A stretch of 64,000 nucleotides of DNA from assembly GCA_964187785.1 (NCBI GenBank), contig OZ076412.1:15128001-15192000 (forward strand). The letters run 5' to 3'. This document shows positions 14,039 to 26,614 of the stretch, in pieces. This DNA is from Amphiscolops sp. MND2022 (taxonomy: Eukaryota). A program made the translations under genes and the position numbers. Below the pieces are notes generated by a model. It saw only the letters and a list, made by a program, of their open reading frames with translations, did not search any database and had not been told where the DNA came from. Numbering within the stretch: the first letter of the stretch is position 1; each line of letters starts with the position of its first letter.

Positions 14039-17000
14039 TTTATGAGATTGGTAAATTTCAGTAAAATGAAAGCTTTGAAAAGCTCCAGATGATAATACTA
14101 AGCCCATAGCACGTTTTTCAAAACGAAATTAGCATATTTTAGGAAAGAACGTTTCCTCAGAATGACCCAAAGAGTGAAAAAAAAACAGTTGTCAGGTTTT
14201 TTACCTGTTTGGCAGTTTTTTTTACAATTTTTGAGCTATTTCCGTGCACAAAATGATTTGAAATACTCAATAATGACTAATGCTGGAATCCATTAGACAA
14301 TTTGAAGACATAACTTTCGTTGGAATTTGCATCAAAAACACCCCAAAATTCATGGAACAACATTTTTTTGACAAACGTTTTTTGACAATTTAACCAAATT
14401 TTTCTACAAACTACGAAAGATTTTGACGAATAGAAGTTCCATAGACATGAGCGTTGAAACAATTGGGTATTCAAAACGCGATTTCGGAAAAATGGAATGA
14501 ATCCCATCAAGTTTCAACAAGGGTGTCAAAATCTCCGAATTCTCCCAATTTTCGAAAACATAGTCGCAATTTTGGACATTTCCCGAAAATCTATTTCAGT
14601 CAGAAATAGCATTCGCAGGATTGAAACAGGTAGCTACCGGTAGTGTTTCAAAAAGTATCCGACAAATTTATGCGAACAACTTTCAAAAACTTTCCTTGAA
14701 AACGCAAATTTCGACCATATTTGTTTAAAATTCAATATCAATAAGCTCCAAGCGAAGTCTCTAGGTATGTAGTACACCTTCCAAAGGATATTGTTTTGAA
14801 CTGCTTGCTGGGTTGGAATGATGTGACTATTCAACGACAACTAAACTCGGTATCCAGTAGGCTTAATTTTGAAGAGACATCTCGAGTCATGTCATCTTCT
14901 GGTTAAACTATGTGCAATAATATAAACTGGGACCGTTCAAGTTTCTTAAACATGCAAAGGACCTAGTTTTAGGCTTCTCCTATTCTCTCAGTGCCAAAAT
15001 GTACCCCAAGAAACACGCCTGGGACTCGAAAACCATTCTTCCCTAACAGGATCTGCAAAAAAAAACAATTTTTCGGTAAAGTCCTATGATGGCGAAACAA
15101 GTGTCAGCTCGCAAAACTACTTTTCTCAAGTCGAAGTCAGCCGAAAAAGCAAGGGGGTATTCTTCCACCAAATGAATGTTTCGAAAAGATGCACAGAGCC
15201 GGAAAAACTGAAATGAGGTGTTTTCGACAATTTATAAGGAACCTCATCAGTTCCACATGATCAAAAGTAAAAAAAAAGAGGTCAACCTCGAGCCTCGGGA
15301 AACTTTTCGTTTACAGAAAACCTCAAAAACTAAAAATTACAAAAAGTTTTCTTCAAAAATGTTTTCAAAAAACTTTTCCAAAAATTTCTCTTTACTCGGT
15401 TAGTTACATAATGCCGAAAAAAAACTAAAAGTGGCCAGCTATCTCAGAACTATTAAATTAGGTGTTTCCTTTAAAAATGGGTCAAAATGAATCAAAGCTC
15501 CTCTTTTATTGGAACTTCTTTGCGTTTTTATATTGCATTGGCTATTCTTGAACCTCAAGTTTATGTAGTTGTAGAACAGTTTGGGGCGGAAAATATCTCG
15601 CTGCTCAGCGGGCGTCTTGTTACTAGAAACGACCAATTACAATCATTTTTGAAAAACAGACAAACAAACGATAAGGTCACATGACTTTGTTTTTGGTTAG
15701 CCATACCACAAACCTTCCCGCTGGGGTCCATAGTTTTCAAACTGAGCTTTACTCCCATCCTTTATTTTTAACATTTATGAAATATCATTGGGACGTCAAC
15801 CACTGCTCATGGACCGCTTTTTTGAAGTTTTCACATTACTTTACAAGCAGAAAACGGGGGTTCGAAACAAACCACCGCCAATTTTCTCTCAAATTCAATT
15901 TAATAGCAAATTCTGATGTGACAAAAATATCAAAATTTGATGTGACAAAAATTTGAATTATCGCCCAGCGCATGGGGGCACTTGTGGAGCATTTTAGGGT
16001 TAAATATATCTAATTTTAACCTACTCTCATTCCTTTTGAGCCTGAGTAAGCTTTCTAGAGCCTGAATATCACTTATTTAGGAGCCTTGAATTGTTTGAAA
16101 AAAAAGAAACCAGAGCCGCATATACGGTAAAGGAGTCGGCTTAAGTCTTTTTCCTTCTGACTCGCTTTCGTTCGAATCGTATGAACAGTTTGTGAGAAAA
16201 TCGAAAAAATCGAAAAACGTTTTTTTGGCCATTTTTGGGCTAAATTTGGCTATGTTTCTCACATCCCAGCCATACGAATTTAATGAAATTGCACATAAAG
16301 GACCATAATATGATGTAGAATGACTGTGGAAAATTTCGTTCGAATCGTATGGACAGTTTTTGAGAAAATCGAAAAAAGTCGAAAAATGGCTGTTTTTTGG
16401 CCATTTTTGGGCTAATTTTGGCTATGTTTCTCACATCCCAGCCATACGATTTTGATGTCATTGCACATATAGGACTCTAATATGGTGTAGAACAACTGTA
16501 GAAAATTTCGTTCGAATCGTATGGACAGTTTTTGAGAAAATCGAAAAAAGTGGAAAAATGGCTGTTTTTTAGCCATTTTTGGGCTAATTTTGGCTATGTT
16601 TCTCACATCCCAGCCATACGATTTCGATGCCATTGCACAAATAGGACTCTAATATGGTGTAGAATAACTGTAGAAAATTTCGTTCGAATCGTATGGACAG
16701 TTTTTGGGAAAATCGAAAAAAGTCGAAAAATGGCTGTTTTTCGGCCATTTTTGGCTAATTTTGGCTATGTTTCTCACAACCAAGACGGATGCCACGTCCT
16801 CACAGGATTGGCTAGTGGATGGGTGCGAAACGTTTATCCCGATGACGGATGTTCTTAAAGTATTTCCATGGTTTACTATATGTATTCAATTTTGGATCAC
16901 TTAGTAACACCACTGCGATTTTTTTAGAGAACCTACAGCTAAAAGTCATGGAGTTACTGGAAACAGTTTTGTGTCTTCTGCGTGTCAGTTAACGAGGTTG

Positions 17001-20000
17001 AAGAAGTTGAGAAGGTAGCATGTTTTGGCTTTCGAAGTGTACATTCTCATCTCTCCCGACAGTGGGGAGAGATGAGAATGTACTTGAGTATTTCTTGTTA
17101 ACTGATACTTAATGCAGATTTCAACACTTTTTAAAATACGTCAAAAACATTGATGAATATTGGTGCACTTAACTACGTCAATTGAACAGCTCTGCGGTTG
17201 CTTGAATGTCTATCGATAAGTTTTCAATGAGACTTGTCTTCCATTTTCATTTTTTGACAATTTTAACACTTCTCAATCGCACACTCAAAACATCATAAGT
17301 CAACGTCAGGTTAAGATAGAGAGTTTTTCTATAGCCCATTTTTCTCGTCTATCAGAGTACTTTCCTCATGCATCCACTTGCAATCTAAGTTGTAGGGAAG
17401 TTTCTTACCTTTGGGCGGCCTGAAGTTGAACAAAAAAGTCAAGTCGAAAAAAAAACATTTTGAATGTTCAAAGTCACATATTTTTTCACCGGCAATGCTG
17501 GTAGGCTAAAAATGCCGCAAATAGGCTAAATGGTCTCGTTGAGCAGTAATTTGGGCAGAAACTACCCACTGTGACTGTATCTTTGAAAATTTGGGCAAAA
17601 ATGGTAGAAATAACTTTTTTTCGAAAAAAATTCTCGGAAATTTGTCTATTCCTCACGTTGTTTCCATCCGATTTGCGCCAAAATTGCCCTGCACACTCCC
17701 CACGAACCGTTGAACAATATTGTGGTCCACGTCCGAATCGCTCCGAGAACTCTGAGACAAGTTATGAGGTCATGATTGAGAAAAACTGAAAACTGAAAAG
17801 TCGTTTTTTCTTGAAAAAATAGGGTTTTTCGGCATGACCAAAGATCTTTTCGGCAAAACATCAGAAAAAAAGTGCTGAGAATATCAAGTTGTGCACGTGT
17901 GCAAAGTTTCAGCCCAATCCTGCGGACAGTTTTCGAGATCTTACTCAAAAGTTTACATTTTGGATATGGTTGTTATTTAGCTCCGCCCTCGATCTCGGGA
18001 TAGGGGCCCTACCCATCCCTCAGAACAATTTTTGGGGATTCCCCCACTCACCCAGTCATACGATTTTGATGCCATTGCGCACGCAGGGGCCCCTTTGGGT
18101 GTAGAATGACTGTGCAAAATTTTATAAAAATCGTATGAACAGTTTTTGAGAAATTTGAAATTTTCATGAAAAGGTCGGGAGAAAAAAAAACAACACGATT
18201 GCATAAGTAGTCGAAAATTTTTTCCGACTCCTAAAAATTATCTTGATTATCTCCGATACAACAAACAGATGGAACAACAAAATGCTATTTCTCGTGGAAT
18301 GATCTAAGATTAATAAAATTTCCAAAAAAAATCTTGACCGCTTAAACTTTGCAACTTCTTGGTTTTTATATTTGATTCCGAACTCTTTCATCCAGATAAA
18401 TAAAATTTTCCGAGAAAATTTTCAGAATTTTCCGAGTCTTGAATTTGCTTTTTTTTCAGCGGGACACTGGCTTTGAGATGCTCTGAACTTCTTGATTTCA
18501 ATGCACAATGCTATTTCGAATGAGCAGTTGAAGTTTCTTTGAGACCAACCTTGTGTGCATTTTCTCACAATCTGCATAGTTTTTGTTAATCTTTTGTCCT
18601 TGAAATCTTGCTGCAGTGTTTTTGAGGCTGTTTCTTGCAACCAATGGAGTATTTCTCTTTTTAGGGTTGCTTTAGCGCTTCAGCGAATATTTTCACGAAA
18701 GTGTTTCATCGAATTTAATAACCAATATTATCCTTCCTCATTTTCTTTCCCCGTCGCCTCCGTTTTTAATTTTCGAATCACAATTTACGATTATGGACTT
18801 TTCAACAATTGTTTCCACTCATGAACTGATTGACAATTTCAAGTCAGTTTTTATCACATTAAGCAGAGTAAATTTAGTGGCTGAAAACGTTGAAAGGAAG
18901 AAAATATAATTGAAAACAACGGAAGCTCCATTTAAAATTAATGAACACAGGACTTTGTTGAAAATAAAATGCACTGAAGCACGAAAATTGCCTTGGATTG
19001 TTTCTCACTTTATCTTAATAAAGCCTGAAGTGTTATGATGTTGCAAAATGACGCTCTTTAAAAATAAGATGAATGTAATCTTGTGTCAAATGAAAAACAA
19101 ATATCGGTTTCTCAACAACCAAGGTCGAGAGAATTTTTTTACAAAACTATACAACCATCTAGAGTTCTGGAGTTCAGCAAAAAAGAATGCAGAAAAATGA
19201 GAAATGAAAAGTCCAGTACATGTTGCTGGTTCCGCTAACAGCATTATCTGAAAATGAGTACAAAGAGGTGTAAAATTTTGTGCAATTAACCTGAGACAAT
19301 TACAAACCAGTTTGGGATTGCGATATTTTTTGTATGTAGTTACAAAGGGACCTTGTCTGCTCTTTTCCGAGCTGAAAATAAAAACTCCGAATTTGTGATT
19401 TATTTTTTTCGAGAAAAGTTGAAATTGTCAAAAATACCCATATGTTTGAACAAAAAAATTTTGAGCAGGGACCTTTTCTCAGTTGAAAATATCAAGAAAA
19501 TAGTTTTTTTTCACCAGACCACAGAACTTCAGCTTTTTAAGGACTTTACGCCTAAAATCTAAAGAGTAAAATCGCCTAAATCTAAATACGCCTAAAATCT
19601 GAAGAGTACTCGAATTTACCGAAATATCCCCCTTGATTTTGTTGATTTCCAACCTGAACTTCCAACCTCACGTTTCTGAAATGGCGAATCAAGGGTGGAC
19701 TGGAGAAACCGGCTCATTCTTCAACTGAAAAAACCTTCAACTTTGAACGCTACACCTTTCTAATTATAAGTCGGACTTCCTTCTAGGGAAAAGCTTCGAC
19801 TTGCTTCAATGACAGCCTTTCAAACTGTTCAAGACTTGAGGCCCGTTGCTCGAACAGTGTCAGAGTTGTTAGGCGGCGCTTCCTGTGAGAAAACGAAGGC
19901 TACAGTGGTTATTTTTTCAAGACCCCACGAACTGACAATTTTGTTACTTTCCGACCCCATGTTTGGTCTACTTGGCATAAAGGTAGCAGAAGGCTGTTGC

Positions 20001-20168
20001 TTCGAATCCCGCGGAGTCCAAAAAGGCGTGTCGATTTTCTATTCACAAAACAAATTTCTTTACGAACATTATCTTTCTTGGTAACAAATGATCGTCAAAC
20101 TTCATTGACCATTTTGAACCTTAAGCGGATCATAGATTTGGGTTTTTTAAAACCCTGCTTATTTTATG
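14039..20168 (+). repeat. Copy 2 of the tandem duplication, with ~1.27 kb extra sequence at 16781-18050
   Basis: Same alignment as copy 1. TTTATG is present at the start (9212), junction (14039) and end (20163-20168). Confidence 0.95.
16109..18233 (-). mobile_element. Family 1 element, duplicated copy, interrupted by a 1.27-kb insert
   Basis: Same termini as the 11276 copy. Units at 16251, 16423, 16595, 16766; the array breaks at 16780 and resumes at 18051. Confidence 0.65.
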
Positions 20169-20542
20169 CTGATATCAAGGTGAAATTTTCGAATTATATT
20201 CGAAATTCCCGAAAAATTTCGGATTAGTACAGGAAACTTGCATTACATTTTTTCAAACTGTACAGCACCAGCGTGAATGGTAACAAAGTTGACTTTAGCG
20301 AAATAATTTTATTAATGCTTGAAATTTTTAAGAAAATTGAGCATGTACATAGTGCCACAGAAAGAATCTTGCCAAGCTGATGAAAAACGTGTATCCTAAA
20401 TATCGCAAACTTTGTGTACAGCGACACTTTAGATTTAAATTGGCGACGATCGTGAATTATTAGCACCTGAATCAAACCGTAAAAATCTTCGATAACTTTT
20501 ACAATTTGAAAAACAATCGGATTCTAGGCGACGCCTGTTTTT

Positions 20543-21030
20543 AGTCGGCGCTTTTCTTACGAAAAGAGCCCGACTATTACAGTCACTCGTTTTTTTTTCT
20601 TTTTTTTTTATTTAAGACAGACTCGAAGCGACGAACGTTAACGTTCAACTAAAGGAAACTAAATACCAGGGAAACGCATGTAAATTATTCCAAAGGATCC
20701 CCCCTTTGGTTTTTTACTTTTTAAACGTTACCTACAAGCCCGGGCGGGACTGAAGGGTTCCCCTTTCGATTTTTTTTCGGCACTGTGCGACTTTTTTTTG
20801 AAATTTTTTTAATGTCCCCAAAGTATCCCCCCTTTGAGTTTTTTGTTATTTTGCTACATAATGCGTGTTTATAAATCAAAAAGGGTCCCCCTTTTACATT
20901 TTTTGGCACTGTGCGACATTTTCCGAAAGAAAATTTTTTTTTCGAAAATTTCAAGTTTTTTTCCAAAAAAAATGTTTTGCGCTTTTTGAGCCTTAGATAT
21001 AGCGCCGACTTGAGACGTTCCCGTCTTGTT
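20543..21030 (+). mobile_element. HINE/DINE-1-like non-autonomous element, family 2
   Basis: 5' hairpin AGTCGGCGCTTTTC..GAAAAGAGCCCGACT preceded by a T-run. 3' end is GCGCCGACT followed by a small stem-loop and TTGTT. Confidence 0.65.
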
Positions 21031-22123
21031 CAAGCTTGCAATTAGCTCATTTTGCCGCTTGTAACTCTTCTGCTAGAAAGACTGAATCTTCCCGAAATAG
21101 GAGTCAAAATTGTCAGTCTGAGCGGCAATGAGACAATTTTTATAAGATGAAACTTGTATTAGGACATGCAATGCCGACTGGCTATTGGCCACTTTTGGGT
21201 TCTATCCACCGTGAGATATCTTGCAACACCTTCAGAGAAAAAGTGTTGTTCGCGTGAAGCGTGCCTTGAACTAAATCTTGAATGGATCAAAAGAAGAGAA
21301 TTTTCAAAAAAAATGATGTTAAAGAAAATATACGAAGCATCGGATTTGATTGAAAAGTTTATGTACAAATTACCTGATATGGTGTTTAAGCTACTTTACT
21401 TAACTACTAAAGCCCATGAGAGAAGTGATGATTTGACAAAAATGAATGCGAGTTAACTAAAGTTGGTTGTTAAAACGACTAGGGTTATTTTCTGAATCTA
21501 ATGTTTTTAACGCAATTTGTCAGACCAAAAATAACGCGTAATTAACTATTCTGTCACAGTTCTTATAGTCGCTATAGTTTATGACAATTTTTTGAAAATT
21601 AGCTAGTAGATTCGCAAAATTGAACCTAGAAGCGGTTTCAGGTTGAGCATCATTTCACAAGTCAGAGTGTTTCAGTTTCCAGGGTTGATACAAACTCGGT
21701 ATCTCAGGCCTCAGAGTCAAATGACTTGACAAATACAAAAACATTCGTAATCATCTACAGCTGTTTCAACACTTCCAGCATAAAATGACTTTTTGATATA
21801 GTTGTTCAAAACATGAAAAGTTGACTCCTGGAAGAAGTCAAAATTGCATAGAAAGACCTCTACTTTAATGCATATTTTCTCAACCATAAAATAGCTTTTA
21901 TCTGTGAATGAATGCAAAAGATTATGTCGACAACCTTTGTTTATCTGACTGGAATTTCATAGCAAACTATGTCGACATACTGGTATTTGAACCTTGTTTC
22001 TTATTTAAGGGGGATAAGAAACATGGTCGAAAAAAAACGATTTTGAAATTTTCCCCATGTTAACTCAGTTAACATGAATAAATAATAACACGCGTTATTT
22101 TTTAACAACTCTGGAGCTAACAA

Positions 22124-22426
22124 TTAAATAGGTCTTGATCGTGAGGATGATGATGATGACGAAGATTGGCCTCCACAACAGGAGGACCTAGCAGCAGCAG
22201 AATAGCGGTGATCGGAGTCTTGAAGAACCACTGAATTTCGGTTGAAGTTCCTGCCATCTTCTGCGAGGCCGTTGTTGAGCAGGTAAGAGTTTAAACACAC
22301 ACCACTTGCTTCCATGTTTTTGGAAAACACGCCCTTCTGGAACTTCTGATGTATTGCACTGGCCAGGAGATAAAAGGCACGTCCAACATTGATCATTTCT
22401 TTGGCCGATACCTCCACATATTGCAC
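22124..22426 (-). CDS. RAB39: Rab39-like small GTPase, exon 3 (G5 EVSAK, C-terminal tail, stop)
   Basis: Acceptor TATTAG|GTG at 22426, phase 0. VQYVEVSAKEMINV...RSSCCGGQSSSSSSSSRSRPI*. Confidence 0.85.
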   Translation of the reverse strand: MQYVEVSAKEMINVGRAFYLLASAIHQKFQKGVFSKNMEASGVCLNSYLLNNGLAEDGRNFNRNSVVLQDSDHRYSAAARSSCCGGQSSSSSSSSRSRPI

Positions 22427-23170
22427 CTAATATAATAAACAATCAAACAAAATTAAAGTTTTACGAAAGGGTTTGCTTCGTACTTGTAAGAGGTTCAACT
22501 TTGTGTATTTCATTCTAGAACATGACGCCCAACGCGGACATTACACCCAATAATTTGAAAGTTTGTTATATTTGACCCAAACCGAGTCCTCTATGAGCGC
22601 AATTGTCGAAGCGAGGAGGCTCTCAAGCTCTCATTAATTTGACGACCAGCAACATAGTTGCGATACTTCATTTCCAGACGGGCGTTTATTTTGCGATTCG
22701 ATGTTTCATTTTATAATTTAGTCCTCCACTTGCCGAGGTTCCCGAATTTATTTTTACGTGACCGCCACCGACACTGCAAGGAGGCTCTGTAGTTTGCAGC
22801 GTATCGACACCATCTACGTCTATCTGCTCAAGACGCCTACCGTGTTTAAATCATCGCCCTTTTGGTTTCGATGCACACGGTCCATATAAAAATTTATTAT
22901 TGGTTTCGATTTTGATAGAAAATTGCCGTAGCAGTAACAGTTCTATCATTTCCTAAACTTTCCTGAGAAAACAAACAGCAAGAAATGTTGTTCAAGAATA
23001 GAAACGTTTGTAATTTCTCTAATATTTACGTAAACATTTTCAGTTGGGAGCCAACAGAGACCTTTCGAAAGATACCATTTTAATTTCAATGTCACTATGT
23101 TTTGGCAGTCAATTTCAGTACTTGCATTTTCGGTTTCAAGTTCACTGTCAGGTTATATCACTTATTCTAC

Positions 23171-23399
23171 CTTGAGTTTTTCAGCCACTGAGAGAGCTTC
23201 GTCCGTGGTAACTTGGCGTCGCTCTGCAAGGTCAACTTTGTTGCCGACCAATAGAATCGTGACATTTGGGTTGCCAGTGTAGATGCGCACTTGTTCAACC
23301 CAAGTGGAGATGTTGTTGAAACTCTGTTTGGAACACAAGTCGAACGTGAGAAGCACCCCGGCCGAGTTGCGATAATAAGAGTGGGTGATTGCTCGGAAT
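23171..23399 (-). CDS. RAB39: Rab39-like small GTPase, exon 2
   Basis: TTTTAG|A acceptor and AAG|GTAGAA donor; 229 nt, which keeps frame. FRAITHSYYRNSAGVLLTFD...LVGNKVDL. SYYRNS is Rab39-typical. Confidence 0.9.
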
Positions 23400-23601
23400 C
23401 TAAAACCACTGGTGGCACAGCAGGGTACAGATACGTTTATGAACTACAGTAAGAACTACCAAAAGCTAGAGTCTTTTTTTGCAGGCTAAAGCTTTGAAAA
23501 CGCATTATTTCTTTGGATATGCTTAGACATAAAAGAAAAAGGAGCAAACACCTCTCAGATTTTAATGCGAATTACAAAGCGTGGTAGAATACTCAAACGC
23601 T

Positions 23602-24110
23602 GGTTGGGCGACAATTCGTCCCAAGCGACAATTCGTCCCAGGCGACAATTCGTCCCAAATTCCAAAAAGCGACAATTCGTCCCAAGCGTCAATTCGTCCC
23701 ATTTTGAAAAGACGACAATTCGTCCCATTTGTAAAAAGCGACAATTCGTCCCAAATTGTTTAATTGATCAGCTAATTACCAACCTTTTGAGGGTTGAAAC
23801 GAAAGAAATAATCAAACCAACTACAAATGAATTCATTCAACCACGTGACAATAATTAGAAAATGTTGCATTTTAACGTACTAGTAGTGGAATGTTGAAAT
23901 TAATTGTTGGCACCTGCCTCTAATTGTAATCTTTCCGGATTCATTATTACTAAGGTCTTTATTGGCAATTAAATTGAGGACAAATTGCAGCTTTTAATAA
24001 TTGGGACGAATTGTCGCCTTTTCAAAATGGGACGAATTGTCGCTTGGGACGAATTGTCGCATTTTGGAATTTGGGACGAATTGTCGCTTGGGACGAATTG
24101 TCGCTTTACG
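23602..24110. mobile_element. Foldback/Mutator-like MITE with modular TIRs and 9-bp TSD (Rab intron 1)
   Basis: 7 copies of GACAATTCGTCCC-like motif on the left and 5 inverted copies on the right. Perfect TCAAACGCT direct repeat at 23593-23601 and 24111-24119. Confidence 0.85.
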
Positions 24111-25010
24111 TCAAACGCTTGACGGTTTGGATGCAATTTTTAAGGATAGCCAATGCCATTATAAACAAAACTTGAATTGTCAATTGCGAACTTTTGTAAA
24201 TTTTTACTCCTAAAGCACTGAAGGTAAAACTTGTTCACTACTGTTGACTCTCACTCATCCAGCTGATTGCGTGGCCGAATTTCAAAGCCGGGATTTTGAG
24301 ATTTACAACACTAGTCAATCATAAAATACATCGTACTGACAAAGATTAAATTCTTTGAATAGAGGAATCCATTTCATCAGAACGAGAAAACTTGAAGGGA
24401 TGCCAATGGACACAGGTGAGGCGTCCAATGCACCTGAAATTACCTCACTTCAGTAGATTAAAGGAAATTTTGCTTTTAACGAGCGAAAAGAGAAAACCCA
24501 ATTGTTTTCGACAATATAAAGGACGCCCTGACATTTCATACATTTTCCGAGAGATGAGAATTACAAAGGAATTTGCGAACCCATTACATGTACTCGGTCA
24601 GAAATAGCGTACCAACAGCCAAGTAGAGGAAATAATGCATGGCGTAAGCTTACACGCACTCAAGGTGGTACGAATAAGGAAAAATACAAACTAATGGGGT
24701 GATAAAACTTTGGTCCTCAAGAAACGGGGATCTCAGATGCATGTGAATTGAACGAAGATCCGAATTATCCGGATACGAATTAACCGGAGTTGACTGTACC
24801 AACTTTTGCAAAATTTAGGTTGTTTTTGGCAGCTTTTTGTGAGTTGGAAAAACTCGCTTCCTTGCCATGAGATGTAGATAACAAAGTTTGGAAACCCACC
24901 AAATCATTGGAAAATCTCAGTTAAAATAGCAAATATGGTAAATTCCTGCTTTCCAGCTGTTATCCGGACAATTCATAGAATACATGAACTAGATTGTGTT
25001 TCTCTCTCAC

Positions 25011-25288
25011 CTTTCACCGCCTGCGGTGTCCCAAATCTGCAGTTTCACGATGCAGTCCGAGAGTTGCACAATTTTGAAGAAGAAATCGGCGCCCACGGTG
25101 GAGTCAGGGTTGCAGTTGTAGCCTCCCTCGACGAAGGAACGCACGAAACTGCTCTTGCCCACGTCAGAGTCCCCCAACACTATAATCCGGAACATCATGT
25201 CCCATATTGGCGCCTGCACCGAGTTGTAGCACTGGTTGTTTTGATTGGGCCCCCTCGATGATTTTCTCATTCTTTCATCTAAGTTCAT
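25011..25288 (-). CDS. RAB39: Rab39-like small GTPase, exon 1 (spliced product ~269 aa)
   Basis: ATG 25288 (the true start could be a later Met). WDMMFRIIVLGDSDVGKSS (P-loop), DSTVGADFF, KLQIWDTAGGER; donor AG|GTGAGA at 25011. Confidence 0.88.
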
Positions 25289-26614
25289 ACAAGAGTGTCC
25301 AGGTCCAGTCACAATTTCAAACAAAGACGGGAACGTCTCAAGTCAGCACCCACTCAAGACTCAACAGCTCATTAAAACCTCAGGAAGGCTTTCGGGAAAT
25401 TTTCGTAACTTTCAGAGTGGCGAATATATCCAAAGGAGCGACCTGGGGCCTCAAAAAATGCCGATCGAATCATTTATTCCTTTTTAACGTAACATGCAAA
25501 ACCGGACGACACTAAAGGGTCCCCTTTCAATTTTTTTGGCACTACGAGACTCTCGAAATTTTCATTTTTGGTCTGAAATTAGGTTTTCAATATATATCCA
25601 CCAATACTTTTTCGATACTGTCCAAATTTTTGACATTATATCCGACTGTCATAGATCAAAAAGTTTAGGCAGAGCGGTGGAAAAGTTTTATTCATTGTGG
25701 CAATTCTTCTAGGAGCTGAAGTGTTCTCTCCTATAGAGATTCTCCGGAAAGTGAGAGTTGATGTTTTGAATAATTAATTAGAGTATTTCAGAGAGATGAA
25801 AGTATTTACAAAATGTAAGAAGGAGTTTAGCATAGTTGAAGATATACTCAAAATATCGAAAAGAAATGATAGAGGTTCTGGTTGAACGTGTTTATAGTTC
25901 GCTAGTTCTCTTAGTTGTGTGTTGGGTCCACTTCCAGTGCTAGAGAGGCTTTCTCATCGTATGCGTGTTGATCTGTGATTGGCTGCCACATCTGATTAGT
26001 CCACGTCTGTCCTGTGAATACTTGAACGAAATTTTGTACATGATTCTTGAATCATGACACCGACTTAAAAGGAGATCGAGTTCTGCGCTATATCCGCTTT
26101 TTTGACGAATATCCGAACTATATTGCGTTTTACTAAGGAGGAGGCGGAGGTTCGAAGAAAGCACCCCCTTTTGTCCCGGCACGCTATAACCGAACTTTTG
26201 ACGTACATCCGTAATAAATTGCGTTTTACTAATATAGCGTGCTGGGCCACATCGGATGTAAGAGGGGGACACTTTAGGACACTTTTAACAACCACTCTGT
26301 TGCAAAATATCTCATAAGTCTCATAGCGCCGGAAAATGTAAAAGGGAAACCTTTTGGGATTTTTTAACATCCATTGTTGTAAAATATCTCAAAAAATGAA
26401 GGGGGATCCTTCGATGACATTTAAAAATTTTCAAAAAAGTCTCACAAAGCCAAAAAGGGGGGAGTATCATAGTGCCGAAAAAAAAGTTGAAAGGGGACCC
26501 CTTCTGCTTTGGAATGGTTTTGTATTTGATGTTAGAGGCTTTGGATGCGTTCAAAATCAAGTACCAAGCACTCTGACAAAAAACTAGTCACTGTAATAGT
26601 CGGGCGTTTTTATT

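Noticed and set aside
8000-21000. Numerous 60-170 aa F/K-rich ORFs
   Set aside because: They lie in A/T-run-rich repeats, differ by frameshifts between duplicate copies and show no recognisable domains.
21166-21456. 96-aa ORF as a gene or transposase fragment
   Set aside because: No motif, splice partner or homologue recognised in the window.
23602-24110. CRISPR-like array of short repeats
   Set aside because: Spacers are 2-15 bp and irregular, the two halves are inverted, there is a 9-bp TSD, and the context is eukaryotic with no cas genes.
24225-24800. pogo-like MITE ending GAGTTGACTGTA
   Set aside because: The right TIR is recognisable but the left partner matches poorly.
25289-25324. 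TTG starts given by the ORF track for Rab (25324) and CCDC90B (61807)
   Set aside because: Non-ATG starts are unlikely in these eukaryotic genes; the first in-frame ATGs (25288, 61780) were used.
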